Below are positions 18,120 through 25,955 of a stretch of DNA of 64,000 bases, in pieces. Position numbers and translations under genes: made by a program. Where the stretch lies: assembly GCA_965247095.1 (NCBI GenBank), contig OZ251997.1, positions 224,001 to 288,000 on the forward strand, written 5' to 3'. The notes under the pieces were generated by a model. The model was not told where the DNA came from, ran no database searches, and saw only the letters and a list, made by a program, of their open reading frames with translations. Every line of letters begins with the position of its first letter. Position 1 is the first letter of the stretch. Source of the DNA: Candidatus Multivorans sp. Lineage in GTDB: Bacteria; Acidobacteriota; Thermoanaerobaculia; Multivoradales; Multivoraceae.

Positions 18120-18916
18120 CTCAGCGAGCGCGTCCCGACGTTCTCGGAGGCAGTCGAGCGCGTGATCGAGATGCACCGCGCTTCTTGGCGGGCAGGCAGC
18201 GCATCGGTGCGGGAGGTGGGCGATCCCGCAGGGCCGCCGGGCCGACAACCCCGCAGGGGACGCGGATGCCGCGGCGTTGCCGCGAAACGCTGCGCAGCCG
18301 GAGCACTTCCGTGCGCTGCCACATGGCGAGTTGGCGGCGGTGCTGGCGAAGTTGCGGCAGTCGGAGGCCGGACCCTGTGCGCGGCTCTCCCTGGAGCTCC
18401 TGGTCCTGACCGCGGCGAGAACAGGCGAAGTCCGGCACGCGCGGTGGGTTGAGATTGACCGCGCCGGAAGGGTCTGGACGATTCCGGCCTCACGGATGAA
18501 GGCCAGCCGGGAGATCGCGCGTTCCGCTGGCTCGACGGGCGCTTGAAGTGCTTGAAGAGGCCAGGGACCTTGGGGACGGCTCGCCATTGATCTTCCCCTC
18601 GGCGCAGACAGGCAGAACCCTGAGCTCTGGCGTGTGGTGGAAGCTCCTGCGCCGGCTTGACCTCGATTGCACGGTACATGGATTCCGCAGTTCGTTTCGC
18701 GACTGGTGTGGGGAGAATGGCGTGGCGCGCGAGTTGGCCGAGGCTTGCCTCGCGCACGCAGTGGGCAACCAGGCGGAGGCCGCATACGCCCGTTCCGACT
18801 TGTTGGAGCGGCGTCGTCGGGTGATGGGGGAATGGGATCAATACGCCACCGGCGAAGGACCGCGCATCCCCGATCCTGGCCGCCCCGGATCGAGTCGTAC
18901 CATTTCTTCGCGGTAG
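18120..18916 (+). pseudogene. Tyrosine recombinase/integrase (P4-like), truncated and frameshifted
   Basis: Fragments PTFSEAVERVIEMHRASW; HFRALPHGEL...LVLTAARTGEVR.ARW.EID...WTIPASRMKA; frameshift at about 18513; RVPL..., TVHGFRSSFRDW, LAH, AAYARSDLLERRR; arm-binding N-terminus missing. Confidence 0.92.
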
Positions 18917-19058
18917 GCGATCAAGTTCCGCCCGCGTCGGTTTCCCATCTACAGAGTTCGAGTGCCGGTAGAGGGTGCTTCGCTGGCCTGAAGGTACACA
19001 GGGGGCCAATACGACGATAACCTACAGAATTGCTGCGGTGGCGGACGAGTAGTCGCCC

Positions 19059-20528
19059 TCAGATTTCGTATCTGTCCCATTCGATGCTTCGCCAACCATC
19101 CAGTCTCAGCCAGTGCCTGAGTTCCCTACTTCTCTCCAAGACAAGAGCTTTGTCCACGCCAATCTCGTCCAGCACACAGAGCTTCAATAGCGCCTCGCCC
19201 TGTTTCCATAGTCTGTGCAGGCTGACATCTGGATCGCCGTATCCTCCTGCACCATGAGAGATCGGGTTCCTTGCGCTTACGAGTTCGTGGACAAGTTTCT
19301 TGATTTGCCCACTCGTCATCACCTCAGACAGGTTTTCCCGGGCGTGGTCCAGCAGCCTTTTCCGCAACGGAGGCTTGAGTAGGTAGGGTCCCATCGTGTT
19401 CGTCCACCAGCCTCTGTGGCGATCTGGAACGACATCTGTTGTCGCGTTGACGATCTCCTGGAACTCGTCCTCTGTCATCACAGGCTGTGGACCGTTCTTC
19501 GCTCGGTGCAGTTCCTCAAGCGCTTGGACTACGAGAAGAAGGAGATTCTCCAGGTGGTCCTGGCCCACGGCTGAGGCTCGAAGTCGCTGCAGAGCTGACG
19601 GTGCCGATTCATAGAGTGCGAACCAAGCTCGAATGACATCTTCGGGAGAGTTGACAGCCTCTTCCCGTGCCATGAAGAGAGCATGTAGGCTTGGCGAGTC
19701 CTTTGGAGCCTGGGTGTCCGATGGGCGGATTCCATCTTGATAGAAGACGTTCAAGTATGCCTCTTGGTCGCTCTCGGTTTCTGCTAGGGCTGTGATGGAC
19801 TCCACGCAGCATCTCGCACCTAGGCCGAAACAGAGGAGTTCTTGGAACACCCTCAGTTGTCTGAGGAAGTCGTCTAGCGGTGCCTCGGCAACGCGTTCGA
19901 TGACTACGACAGCGGATTGACCGATCTTGACGGCGTGACCCTTTTCGATGCGGCGAGACACTCCGGTTCGAGTGGCCTGCACCTTGATCCTCCAGTCACC
20001 CACCTCTACCTGTATCGGTTCTGGCAGCCTAGTCCTGAACGCGATCTTAGGAGAACCAAGTTCATAGTCCTCCTTCCATCGGATGGCGTCTGTGAGCCAG
20101 CCGATGAGGCCATCCACCCCTGCGCTAATGCTGGTGACGGTTAGGGGAGTTTCTGGGTCGACATTCTCGTCATAGGACGCACCGATGCAGCACCGCCTAG
20201 CATGGTAGGTGATTCTTGACGAGATGTTGGGGGCGAAGGAGGTCGATCCTCCTATAGCACGGCAGTCCTCAAAGATGACCCTCTTAGTCAGGTCGAACTC
20301 TCCGGTGAGGAGGGGCCAATCGCGCGCGCCACGGGTGACCTCGTAAACGCCGAAAGGCTTCTTGTCATTGGGTAGCACTAAGACACCGGCGGCGAACTTG
20401 TTCATGGCCGACACTTCGAGTCGTATGTCGCCAGAAGTCGAGATGGTGAAGTTGCCTGGAAGTCGTTCACTAGGTCGGTCTGGCGGCCAGAAGTAGCCGG
20501 TTCCCGTAACTGGAGCATTCAGTTTCAT
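19059..20528 (-). CDS. ApeA-like protein: ApeA N-terminal domain plus C-terminal HEPN RNase
   Basis: N-terminal GYFWPPDRPSERLPGNFTIS.SG.IRLEV typical of ApeA-type NTD; LLLVVQALEELHR; HEPN motif RNPISH (R-x4-H) at about 19254-19271; KLCVLDEIGV; recognised by eye. Confidence 0.78.
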   Translation of the reverse strand: MKLNAPVTGTGYFWPPDRPSERLPGNFTISTSGDIRLEVSAMNKFAAGVLVLPNDKKPFGVYEVTRGARDWPLLTGEFDLTKRVIFEDCRAIGGSTSFAPNISSRITYHARRCCIGASYDENVDPETPLTVTSISAGVDGLIGWLTDAIRWKEDYELGSPKIAFRTRLPEPIQVEVGDWRIKVQATRTGVSRRIEKGHAVKIGQSAVVVIERVAEAPLDDFLRQLRVFQELLCFGLGARCCVESITALAETESDQEAYLNVFYQDGIRPSDTQAPKDSPSLHALFMAREEAVNSPEDVIRAWFALYESAPSALQRLRASAVGQDHLENLLLLVVQALEELHRAKNGPQPVMTEDEFQEIVNATTDVVPDRHRGWWTNTMGPYLLKPPLRKRLLDHARENLSEVMTSGQIKKLVHELVSARNPISHGAGGYGDPDVSLHRLWKQGEALLKLCVLDEIGVDKALVLERSRELRHWLRLDGWRSIEWDRYEI

Positions 20529-20679
20529 TTGTCGTCGTTCCCCTTGGTTTCCTTCAGTCGGGAATTTGGATGCCCACCGAGGTCCTAACGTTGCGTAGGG
20601 CAGTGGAGAGGACACGAGCGGCTCCTTGAACTCTTGCCAGGGGAAGAGACCAACACCGAACAAACAAGACAGCGGCTGT

Positions 20680-21642
20680 CTAGCTGGAGTCTGCTGTCTG
20701 CTGTTCGATGGTCTTCTCCATGATCAGGCCTAAGTCCTGCGCCGCTCGGTCGAGGACGATGGTCAGGTGCTTTAGGTCCCACCCCATGTAGGCCGCAAGT
20801 GGTAGAAGCGAGTCTCTGAGGGCCAACAGTGCCAGCGCCGTCAGCATGGCCATGTTCTGTGGGCGGAACGTCTTGACAGCGATGGCGCCTTCGTCGTCGC
20901 CTTCCACGACTTCGTAGCACCATCTTCGAAGAGCTAAGGTTTCGGCATGGGCTAAGGCCGACAGTAGTCTGTACTCGGCGTCTTGGCCGAGGGACTCACG
21001 GATAGCATCAGTTGGTCCTGGGACGGCTTCGGCTATTCGGGTTATCCGGTCTCCTTTTCGTCCCACGGAATAGCCAAGCTCTTCTGCTTGGCCAGCGATA
21101 TGTTCGACTCGCTCAGTGTAGAAGCTGGCGGAGTCCTCGTCTTTGCGGGCCTCGGCCAATCTTCGGTTCTGAACCAGTTCCTTGTGGCGCAGCGCGTAGA
21201 CACGGCCCACTCTCTGCGTCGCGTCGATCTGTGGATCAAGAAGCCAACGGACTCTAGCGCTTGGCTCTAGCATCGCCCGCACACAGTTGCATGAAGCAAT
21301 CATCTGAATCGGTGGAGTTAGCGCTTTGGCGAGCAGGCCACCGTTTTCCCCTACGGCTTCAAGGAAGTGCCAAGCGAACGAGATGGCCGTTCTTACAGAT
21401 TCGTCGCGTGGCGCAGTGGATTGTTCGACGAATCCAGGCGAGTCTTGTGCTGGCTGTCTGAACTGGATGCGCACGAAGGCGTTGGTCGCGGCCAAGACTT
21501 GCTGCAAGACTGAGCGCAGTGCGCCGATAATGGGAGGTGTGGGGTCTACTGGAGTGGGGTTGCGCAAGTCTCCGTGGATTGCTTCTAGCGTGAGCGCGAT
21601 TCGTTCGAGCAGTTGAACCTGCTGGTGTCCATAGGGGTCCAT
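20680..21642 (-). CDS. DUF5677-like helical hypothetical protein
   Basis: VRAMLEPSARVRWLLD and YRLLSALAHA motifs match the R..LE / Y..LS...H pattern of DUF5677-type proteins; intact ORF; start ATG 21642 chosen. Confidence 0.6.
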   Translation of the reverse strand: MDPYGHQQVQLLERIALTLEAIHGDLRNPTPVDPTPPIIGALRSVLQQVLAATNAFVRIQFRQPAQDSPGFVEQSTAPRDESVRTAISFAWHFLEAVGENGGLLAKALTPPIQMIASCNCVRAMLEPSARVRWLLDPQIDATQRVGRVYALRHKELVQNRRLAEARKDEDSASFYTERVEHIAGQAEELGYSVGRKGDRITRIAEAVPGPTDAIRESLGQDAEYRLLSALAHAETLALRRWCYEVVEGDDEGAIAVKTFRPQNMAMLTALALLALRDSLLPLAAYMGWDLKHLTIVLDRAAQDLGLIMEKTIEQQTADSS

Positions 21643-21720
21643 TCTGGGCCGAGCCTCTTCATCAATGGTTGTGGGGCTAGCGCCCGCCTTTGGAAGCGAG
21701 CGACTTCGCGCGAGGCCCAC

Positions 21721-21793
21721 TGGTCCTGACGGGACTCGAACCCGCGACCTCCTCGTGTGACCGAGGTGCTCTATCCGGCTGAGCTACAGGATT
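21721..21793 (-). ncRNA. tRNA-like element (tRNA-Val(CAC)-like, non-canonical): pseudo-tRNA or tRNA mimic
   Basis: Minus strand AATCCTG TA GCTC AGCCGGATA GAGC A CCTCG GTCACA CGAGG AGGTC GCGGG TTCGAGT CCCGT CAGGACC A: intact D-arm and T-arm, but a 6-nt anticodon loop and 2 mismatches at the end of the acceptor stem. Confidence 0.8.
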
Positions 21794-21800
21794 AGGACCA

Positions 21801-21855
21801 GTGAGGTCAAAGCGGACTGGGCGATCGTTGCGATCTCCAGTCGGCTCGACATCAC
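21801..21855 (-). other. Long imperfect hairpin immediately 5' of the tRNA-like element
   Basis: GTGA/TCAC, GTCAAAGC/GCTCGAC, GACTGG/CCAGTC and GATCG/CGATC nested inverted repeats. Confidence 0.7.
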
Positions 21856-21868
21856 CTCTAAGGGCGGC

Positions 21869-21897
21869 ATCGTAGCTGAGTTGCAGGACTTGTTCAA
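21869..21897 (-). promoter_or_regulatory. Sigma70-type promoter driving the tRNA-like RNA and downstream genes
   Basis: Minus strand TTGAAC-17 nt-TACGAT (-35 at 21892-21897, -10 at 21869-21874). Confidence 0.7.
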
Positions 21898-21939
21898 CTG
21901 TTCACGTCGTGATGCGCGGGGAAGGTCTCGCGGTCTGCT

Positions 21940-22845
21940 GCGCGCCTTTCGCCGCATGGCCTCCTCGAGGCTCTTGACGTCCCCGTAGACGTCACGGTCG
22001 AGAAGCGACAGGAAGAAGCGGAAGTTCTCGGGATCGCCCTTGTGTGGCGTGGCCGTCATGCGGAGTTAGTGGTCGGTCCGATCCGCGAGCGCTTCGCCAA
22101 GCTGGAAGGCGAGGGTCTTCTTCTCATGGCTGTAGGCGCTCATCTTGTGGGCCTCGTCGACTACTACGAAGTCCCAGCGGCTGTGCAGCAGGCTCTCCCT
22201 GGCGTCGTGGATGCGAGAGATCCACGAAACCGAAGTGACAACCTGGTTCTTCTCCTGCGAAGAATTCTGCCCATACTGGCTGCGGACGGTCTCGCCCCGC
22301 ATGACGTCGAACTGCTCGCGGAACTTGTCCTTCTGCTCGCGCTGCCATTGGAACGTGAGGTTCGCCGGTGCCACGATCAGGGTTCGCCGGACCAGGCCGC
22401 GGATCTTCAGCTCCTTGAGAAGGAGGCCCGCCATGATCGGCTTGCCGGCCCCCGAGTCGTCGGCGAGCAAGAAGCGGATGCGTGGGAGCCCGAGGAAGTA
22501 CTCGTAGACCGCCTCGAGTTGGTGGGGGAGTGGGTCGACGCGGGCTGTCGAGAGCGAGAAGTAGCGGTCGTACTCGTAGGCGAGTCCCAGACGCTCCGCC
22601 TCAATGCGAAGACGGAAGCGAAGAGGATCTCCGTCGAAGGGCTCGGTGGCTGGCGAGATTGTGAGTTGCGAGATTTGCGCCTCGCTCAAGATCGGATCGT
22701 GGACTTGACCCGTGCGGAGGCCTTTCCCCAGCAGCTTGACCAACTCGCCGACCGGGATAGTCGTAGTGACCTCGACCGGCTCGGGGAGCAAGGGTCCGCG
22801 CACCACGACACCGGGAGAAAGCTCTTCGAACGCGGCTTGAGTCAC
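21940..22845 (-). pseudogene. SNF2-family helicase pseudogene (restriction/defence-associated type), N-terminal part only
   Basis: VDPLPHQLEAVY, FLLADDSGAGKP (Walker A T>P), VVVDEAHKM, in-frame TAA at 22066-22068, then MTATPHKGDPENF; truncated before the HELICc domain. Confidence 0.9.
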
Positions 22846-22887
22846 CGTTGCTTCGCTGGGGGCGGTTGAACAGACGTAGTTCGGCTG

Positions 22888-23190
22888 CTACGGCAGCGCG
22901 AAGACGAAGATGTTGTTGCCGGAGCTGGGACGCACTTCGGAGGAGTCCGCCCGAGAGCGCCGACGACCGGGATCCCCGGCACCGTCGTCAGAAGAGCGGC
23001 GACAGGCTCCGCCAGCGAATAGAGCTTTGGCGGCGCATCTTAGCCGAGGAGTTCCGACGCTGTAGTAGTCGGCATCGTCCAGCGCCACGCGGGTGATCTC
23101 CTCGTCGTTCCGCAGCACGACATGCTGGTTGGCGAAAGCCGGATGGGACCAGAGGACCAGACGGTCGCTCTGCCCGTGCCGCGGGGGTAG
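22888..23190 (-). pseudogene. Fused C-terminal remnants of PQQ-type beta-propeller / PQQ dehydrogenase genes
   Basis: VLWSHPAFANQHVVLRNDEEITRVAL resembles the C-terminus of PQQ-like beta-propeller proteins; EVRPSSGNNIFVFALP* resembles a PQQ dehydrogenase C-terminus. Confidence 0.55.
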
Positions 23191-23262
23191 GATTTGTTCT
23201 ACGGGCTCCCTAGCTGCACGGGCACTGGCCACGAATGTCTTCGCGAGAGGAGCCGGAGGAAG

Positions 23263-23478
23263 ATGCAGGAGTACACCGCGATCGTCAAGCGGGCCGGCGA
23301 CTGGTGGATCGGCTGGATCGAAGAAGTGCCGGGCGTGAACTGCCAGGAAGGGAGCCGCGAAGAGTTGCTGGAGACCTTGACCATCACGCTGAGTGAGGCG
23401 CTGGAGTTCAATCGCCAGGCAGCGCTGGCCGCGGCGGGTGAGGGCTACACGTTGGAGAGGATCGTTGTCGCCACATGA
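23263..23478 (+). CDS. hicB: Type II toxin-antitoxin HicB-family antitoxin
   Basis: GGAGG RBS; YTAIVKRAGDWWIGWIEEVPGVNCQEGSREELLETL...EALEFNR. Confidence 0.9.
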   Translation: MQEYTAIVKRAGDWWIGWIEEVPGVNCQEGSREELLETLTITLSEALEFNRQAALAAAGEGYTLERIVVAT

Positions 23479-23516
23479 GGCGCTGAGTTCTTCCGCGGCA
23501 TCTCGTCCTCATACGG
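23475..23516 (+). pseudogene. hicA: HicA toxin 5' remnant
   Basis: ATGA overlap with the hicB stop; MRR*VLPRHL resembles the MKRRDLLRHL start of HicA; immediate stop, remainder deleted. Confidence 0.55.
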
Positions 23517-23527
23517 TCCCCAAACAG

Positions 23528-23555
23528 CAAGGGCTGCCCCGAAGAGCAGCCCTTG
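23528..23555 (-). terminator. Intrinsic terminator hairpin
   Basis: Minus strand CAAGGGCTGCTC-TTCG-GGGCAGCCCTTG followed by CTGTTTG. Confidence 0.7.
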
Positions 23556-23590
23556 AGCCGACAGCACGCTGCCGGCGGGTATCTGCGCAG

Positions 23591-23619
23591 AATCTACCTT
23601 CGCCCGGCAGACGATGCAA
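23591..23619 (-). promoter_or_regulatory. Sigma70-type promoter upstream of a roughly 60-nt two-hairpin transcript
   Basis: Minus strand TTGCAT-17 nt-TAGATT. Confidence 0.6.
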
Positions 23620-23711
23620 GCGACACGGCCGCCTGACAGACGCTCCTTCCCGTCACCGGGGGGAGAGGGGCGGTGCCGCCAGCGGTCACGCAGGGCCGCG
23701 GCGGGGGACCG

Positions 23712-24791
23712 CTAGTCCCCGCTGCCGCCGCCGGTACTCCCGGCTTCCGCGGCCGCCGCGTCGGCCTCGAGAATCCGCGCGCCGCGCAGCGTGTTGCCCA
23801 TCGCGTAGTTGCCCTCGTGGCAGGCGTACTCGTAGACGAGCTCCGGGCGGTTCCTCAGGATGTACTCGCCGGACCAGGGCGTTTCCCAGGTGGCCGGATC
23901 GTCCATGGTGAATTGGTAGAGGATGTCGCCGTTCGGCTGAAGGGTGAGGCGTTCGGTGACGTGAAGCCCCTGGGTCGATCCGCGAAGGAAGGTCTTGGGG
24001 TGGAAGTTCACGGAGTCGATGACGAGGGTGTCGCCTTCCCACCAGCCGACCGAGTCGCCGAGCCACTTGCGCTCTTCGGGGCTGGGGTGCTCGGAGTTCA
24101 GGCGCACGATACGGGCGTCGTGGACCATCTCGATCAGGATCATGACGTGGTCTTCGGTCTGCACGACGCGCTTGTAGTTGTTGTAGCCGCTCGGGAGAGT
24201 CGGCGTGGCGCCGGTGAAGCCGACGATGCAGCGCTCGGTGACCGGGAGCGACTCGGGGCCGTCGTAGGGGCCGGGGCCGTCGATGTCGAGCCACCAGGCG
24301 GAGCCGTCGTTCGGCCGGCGCAGCTTGTCGCGCGCCGCCCTCTTCGCCTTCGCGGCCTCGGTCGTTTCGGGCATACGGCCGTTCGGCGGGTCGACGATGA
24401 TCGAGGTCCGGAACTTGCCGTCGACGGAGAAGGCCTCGGTGCCGAAGTCGAGCCAGAAGAAGTTGTACCCGCCGACGTTGCCGGCGCCGCCTCCGGAACC
24501 GTCGCCGCCGGGAGGCGGCGCTTCGCGGTTGGGATCGCTGACCTGATGGCGTTCGGCGCGGGCCTTCGCCGCGTCGGCCTTGATCTTCTCGGCCTCTTCC
24601 CTGGTCAGGAACAGGTTCTCGCCGTACTCCTCGGGCCTCTGCAGCGGGGTCAGAGTGGCGGCGTCATAGTTGCCGGCCAGGTCGGGTCGGCCGCTTGGAG
24701 TGCGCTTGATCTCGTCCTGAGCTCCCGCAGCGGGCGCCGTGATTAGCAGAAGAACGATTGCGGTCAGGGCCGCGGGGATTCCGCTTCTCAT
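23712..24791 (-). CDS. Uncharacterised exported protein, paralog 2 (YEYACHEGN family)
   Basis: GGAGG RBS; highly similar along its full length to 16965..18044. Confidence 0.88.
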   Translation of the reverse strand: MRSGIPAALTAIVLLLITAPAAGAQDEIKRTPSGRPDLAGNYDAATLTPLQRPEEYGENLFLTREEAEKIKADAAKARAERHQVSDPNREAPPPGGDGSGGGAGNVGGYNFFWLDFGTEAFSVDGKFRTSIIVDPPNGRMPETTEAAKAKRAARDKLRRPNDGSAWWLDIDGPGPYDGPESLPVTERCIVGFTGATPTLPSGYNNYKRVVQTEDHVMILIEMVHDARIVRLNSEHPSPEERKWLGDSVGWWEGDTLVIDSVNFHPKTFLRGSTQGLHVTERLTLQPNGDILYQFTMDDPATWETPWSGEYILRNRPELVYEYACHEGNYAMGNTLRGARILEADAAAAEAGSTGGGSGD

Positions 24792-24813
24792 TCGGTGTCC
24801 TCCAAGGGTTCGA

Positions 24814-25893
24814 TCAGTCACCGCTGCCCGCTCCGGTGCTGGCGGTCTTGCCGGACAGCACGTCGGACTCGAGCACCCGGGCGCCGCGCAACGTGCCGCC
24901 CATCGAGTAGTTGCCTTCGTGGCACGCGTACTCGTAGACGTTCACGGGGCTGCGCTTCCAGATGTACTCACCGGACCAGGGGACGTCCCAGGTTGCCGGA
25001 TCCTCGATCGTGAACTGGTAGAGGATGTCGCCGTTCGGCTGCAGCGTGAGGCGCTCCGTGACGTGGGACTCCTGGGTGGCGCTGCGCAGCACCGCCTTGG
25101 GATGGAAGTTCCTCGAGTCGATGACGAGGGTGTCGCCTTCCCACCAGCCGACCGAGTGGCCTAGCCACTTCCGCTCCGTAGGATCCGGATGCTCGGCGTT
25201 CAGGCGCACGATGCGGGCGTCGTGGACCATCTCGATGAGGATCATGACGTGGTCCTCGGTCTGCACGACGCGCTTGAAGTTGTTGTAGAGGCTCGGGAAG
25301 GTCGGCGTGGCGCCGGTGAAGCCGACGATGCAGCGCTCGGTGACGGGCAGCGTCTCGGGGCCGTCGTAGGGACCGTGGCCGTCGATCTCGAGCCACCAGG
25401 CAGAGCCGTCGTTGGGGCGCCGCAGCCGGGCGCGCTCAGCGGCCCTCGCCTTGCCGGCCTCGGTCATCTCCGGCATGCGGCCGTTCGGAGGATCGAAGAT
25501 GATCGAAGTACGAAACTTGCCGTCGACCGCGAATGCCTCGGTCCCGGTCTCGACCCAGAATCGGTTGTAGCCGCCCACGTTGCCGGCGCCGCCCGTCGTC
25601 CCGTCGCCGCCGGCTGGCGGCGGCTTGCGGTTCGGATCGGAAATCTGGTGCCGGTCGGCGGCGTACTGGGCCGCCTCCGCCTCGATCTTCGCGGCGTCTT
25701 CCGGAGAAAGGAAGAGGTTCTCGCCGTACTCCTCGGGCCGCTGGAGCGGTGTCAGGGTGCCGGCGTCGAAGGTGCCGGTCAGGTCGGGCTTACCGTTGGC
25801 GGCACGCTTGATCTCGCCTTCGGCGGCTAGCGTCGGCGCCGCGATCAGCAGCACGACGATGGCGGTCAGGGCCGCGGGGACTCGGAGTCTCAT
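24814..25893 (-). CDS. Uncharacterised exported protein, paralog 3 (YEYACHEGN family)
   Basis: GGAGG RBS; highly similar to paralogs 1 and 2; upstream -10 TACACT (25926-25931) in a region resembling the upstream region of paralog 1 (TAGACT, 18077-18082). Confidence 0.88.
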   Translation of the reverse strand: MRLRVPAALTAIVVLLIAAPTLAAEGEIKRAANGKPDLTGTFDAGTLTPLQRPEEYGENLFLSPEDAAKIEAEAAQYAADRHQISDPNRKPPPAGGDGTTGGAGNVGGYNRFWVETGTEAFAVDGKFRTSIIFDPPNGRMPEMTEAGKARAAERARLRRPNDGSAWWLEIDGHGPYDGPETLPVTERCIVGFTGATPTFPSLYNNFKRVVQTEDHVMILIEMVHDARIVRLNAEHPDPTERKWLGHSVGWWEGDTLVIDSRNFHPKAVLRSATQESHVTERLTLQPNGDILYQFTIEDPATWDVPWSGEYIWKRSPVNVYEYACHEGNYSMGGTLRGARVLESDVLSGKTASTGAGSGD

Positions 25894-25955
25894 TCGGTGT
25901 CCTCCTTCTTTGACTGGATTCGGGGAGTGTACCGGAAGGCGGCGCGCCTTCGGCG

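Larger units (their letters stand above)
18090..23620. mobile_element. Decayed genomic island between paralogs 1 and 2 (boundaries approximate)
   Basis: Integrase pseudogene at the left end, visibly lower GC at about 19.0-21.9 kb, defence/TA cargo and several gene remnants; no convincing att repeat seen. Confidence 0.7.

Noticed and set aside
18401-18410. TGGTCCTGAC identical to the 3' end of the tRNA-like element (21721-21730), a possible att duplication
   Set aside because: Only 10 bp, and it lies inside the conserved integrase coding motif LVLTAAR; probably coincidental.
18950-18980. GTTCGAGT...GGGTGC resembling a tRNA T-loop/3' end
   Set aside because: No complementary T-stem or other arms could be formed.
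21721-21793. Calling this a functional tRNA-Val
   Set aside because: The 6-nt anticodon loop and mismatched acceptor end are incompatible with normal decoding; reported as tRNA-like instead.
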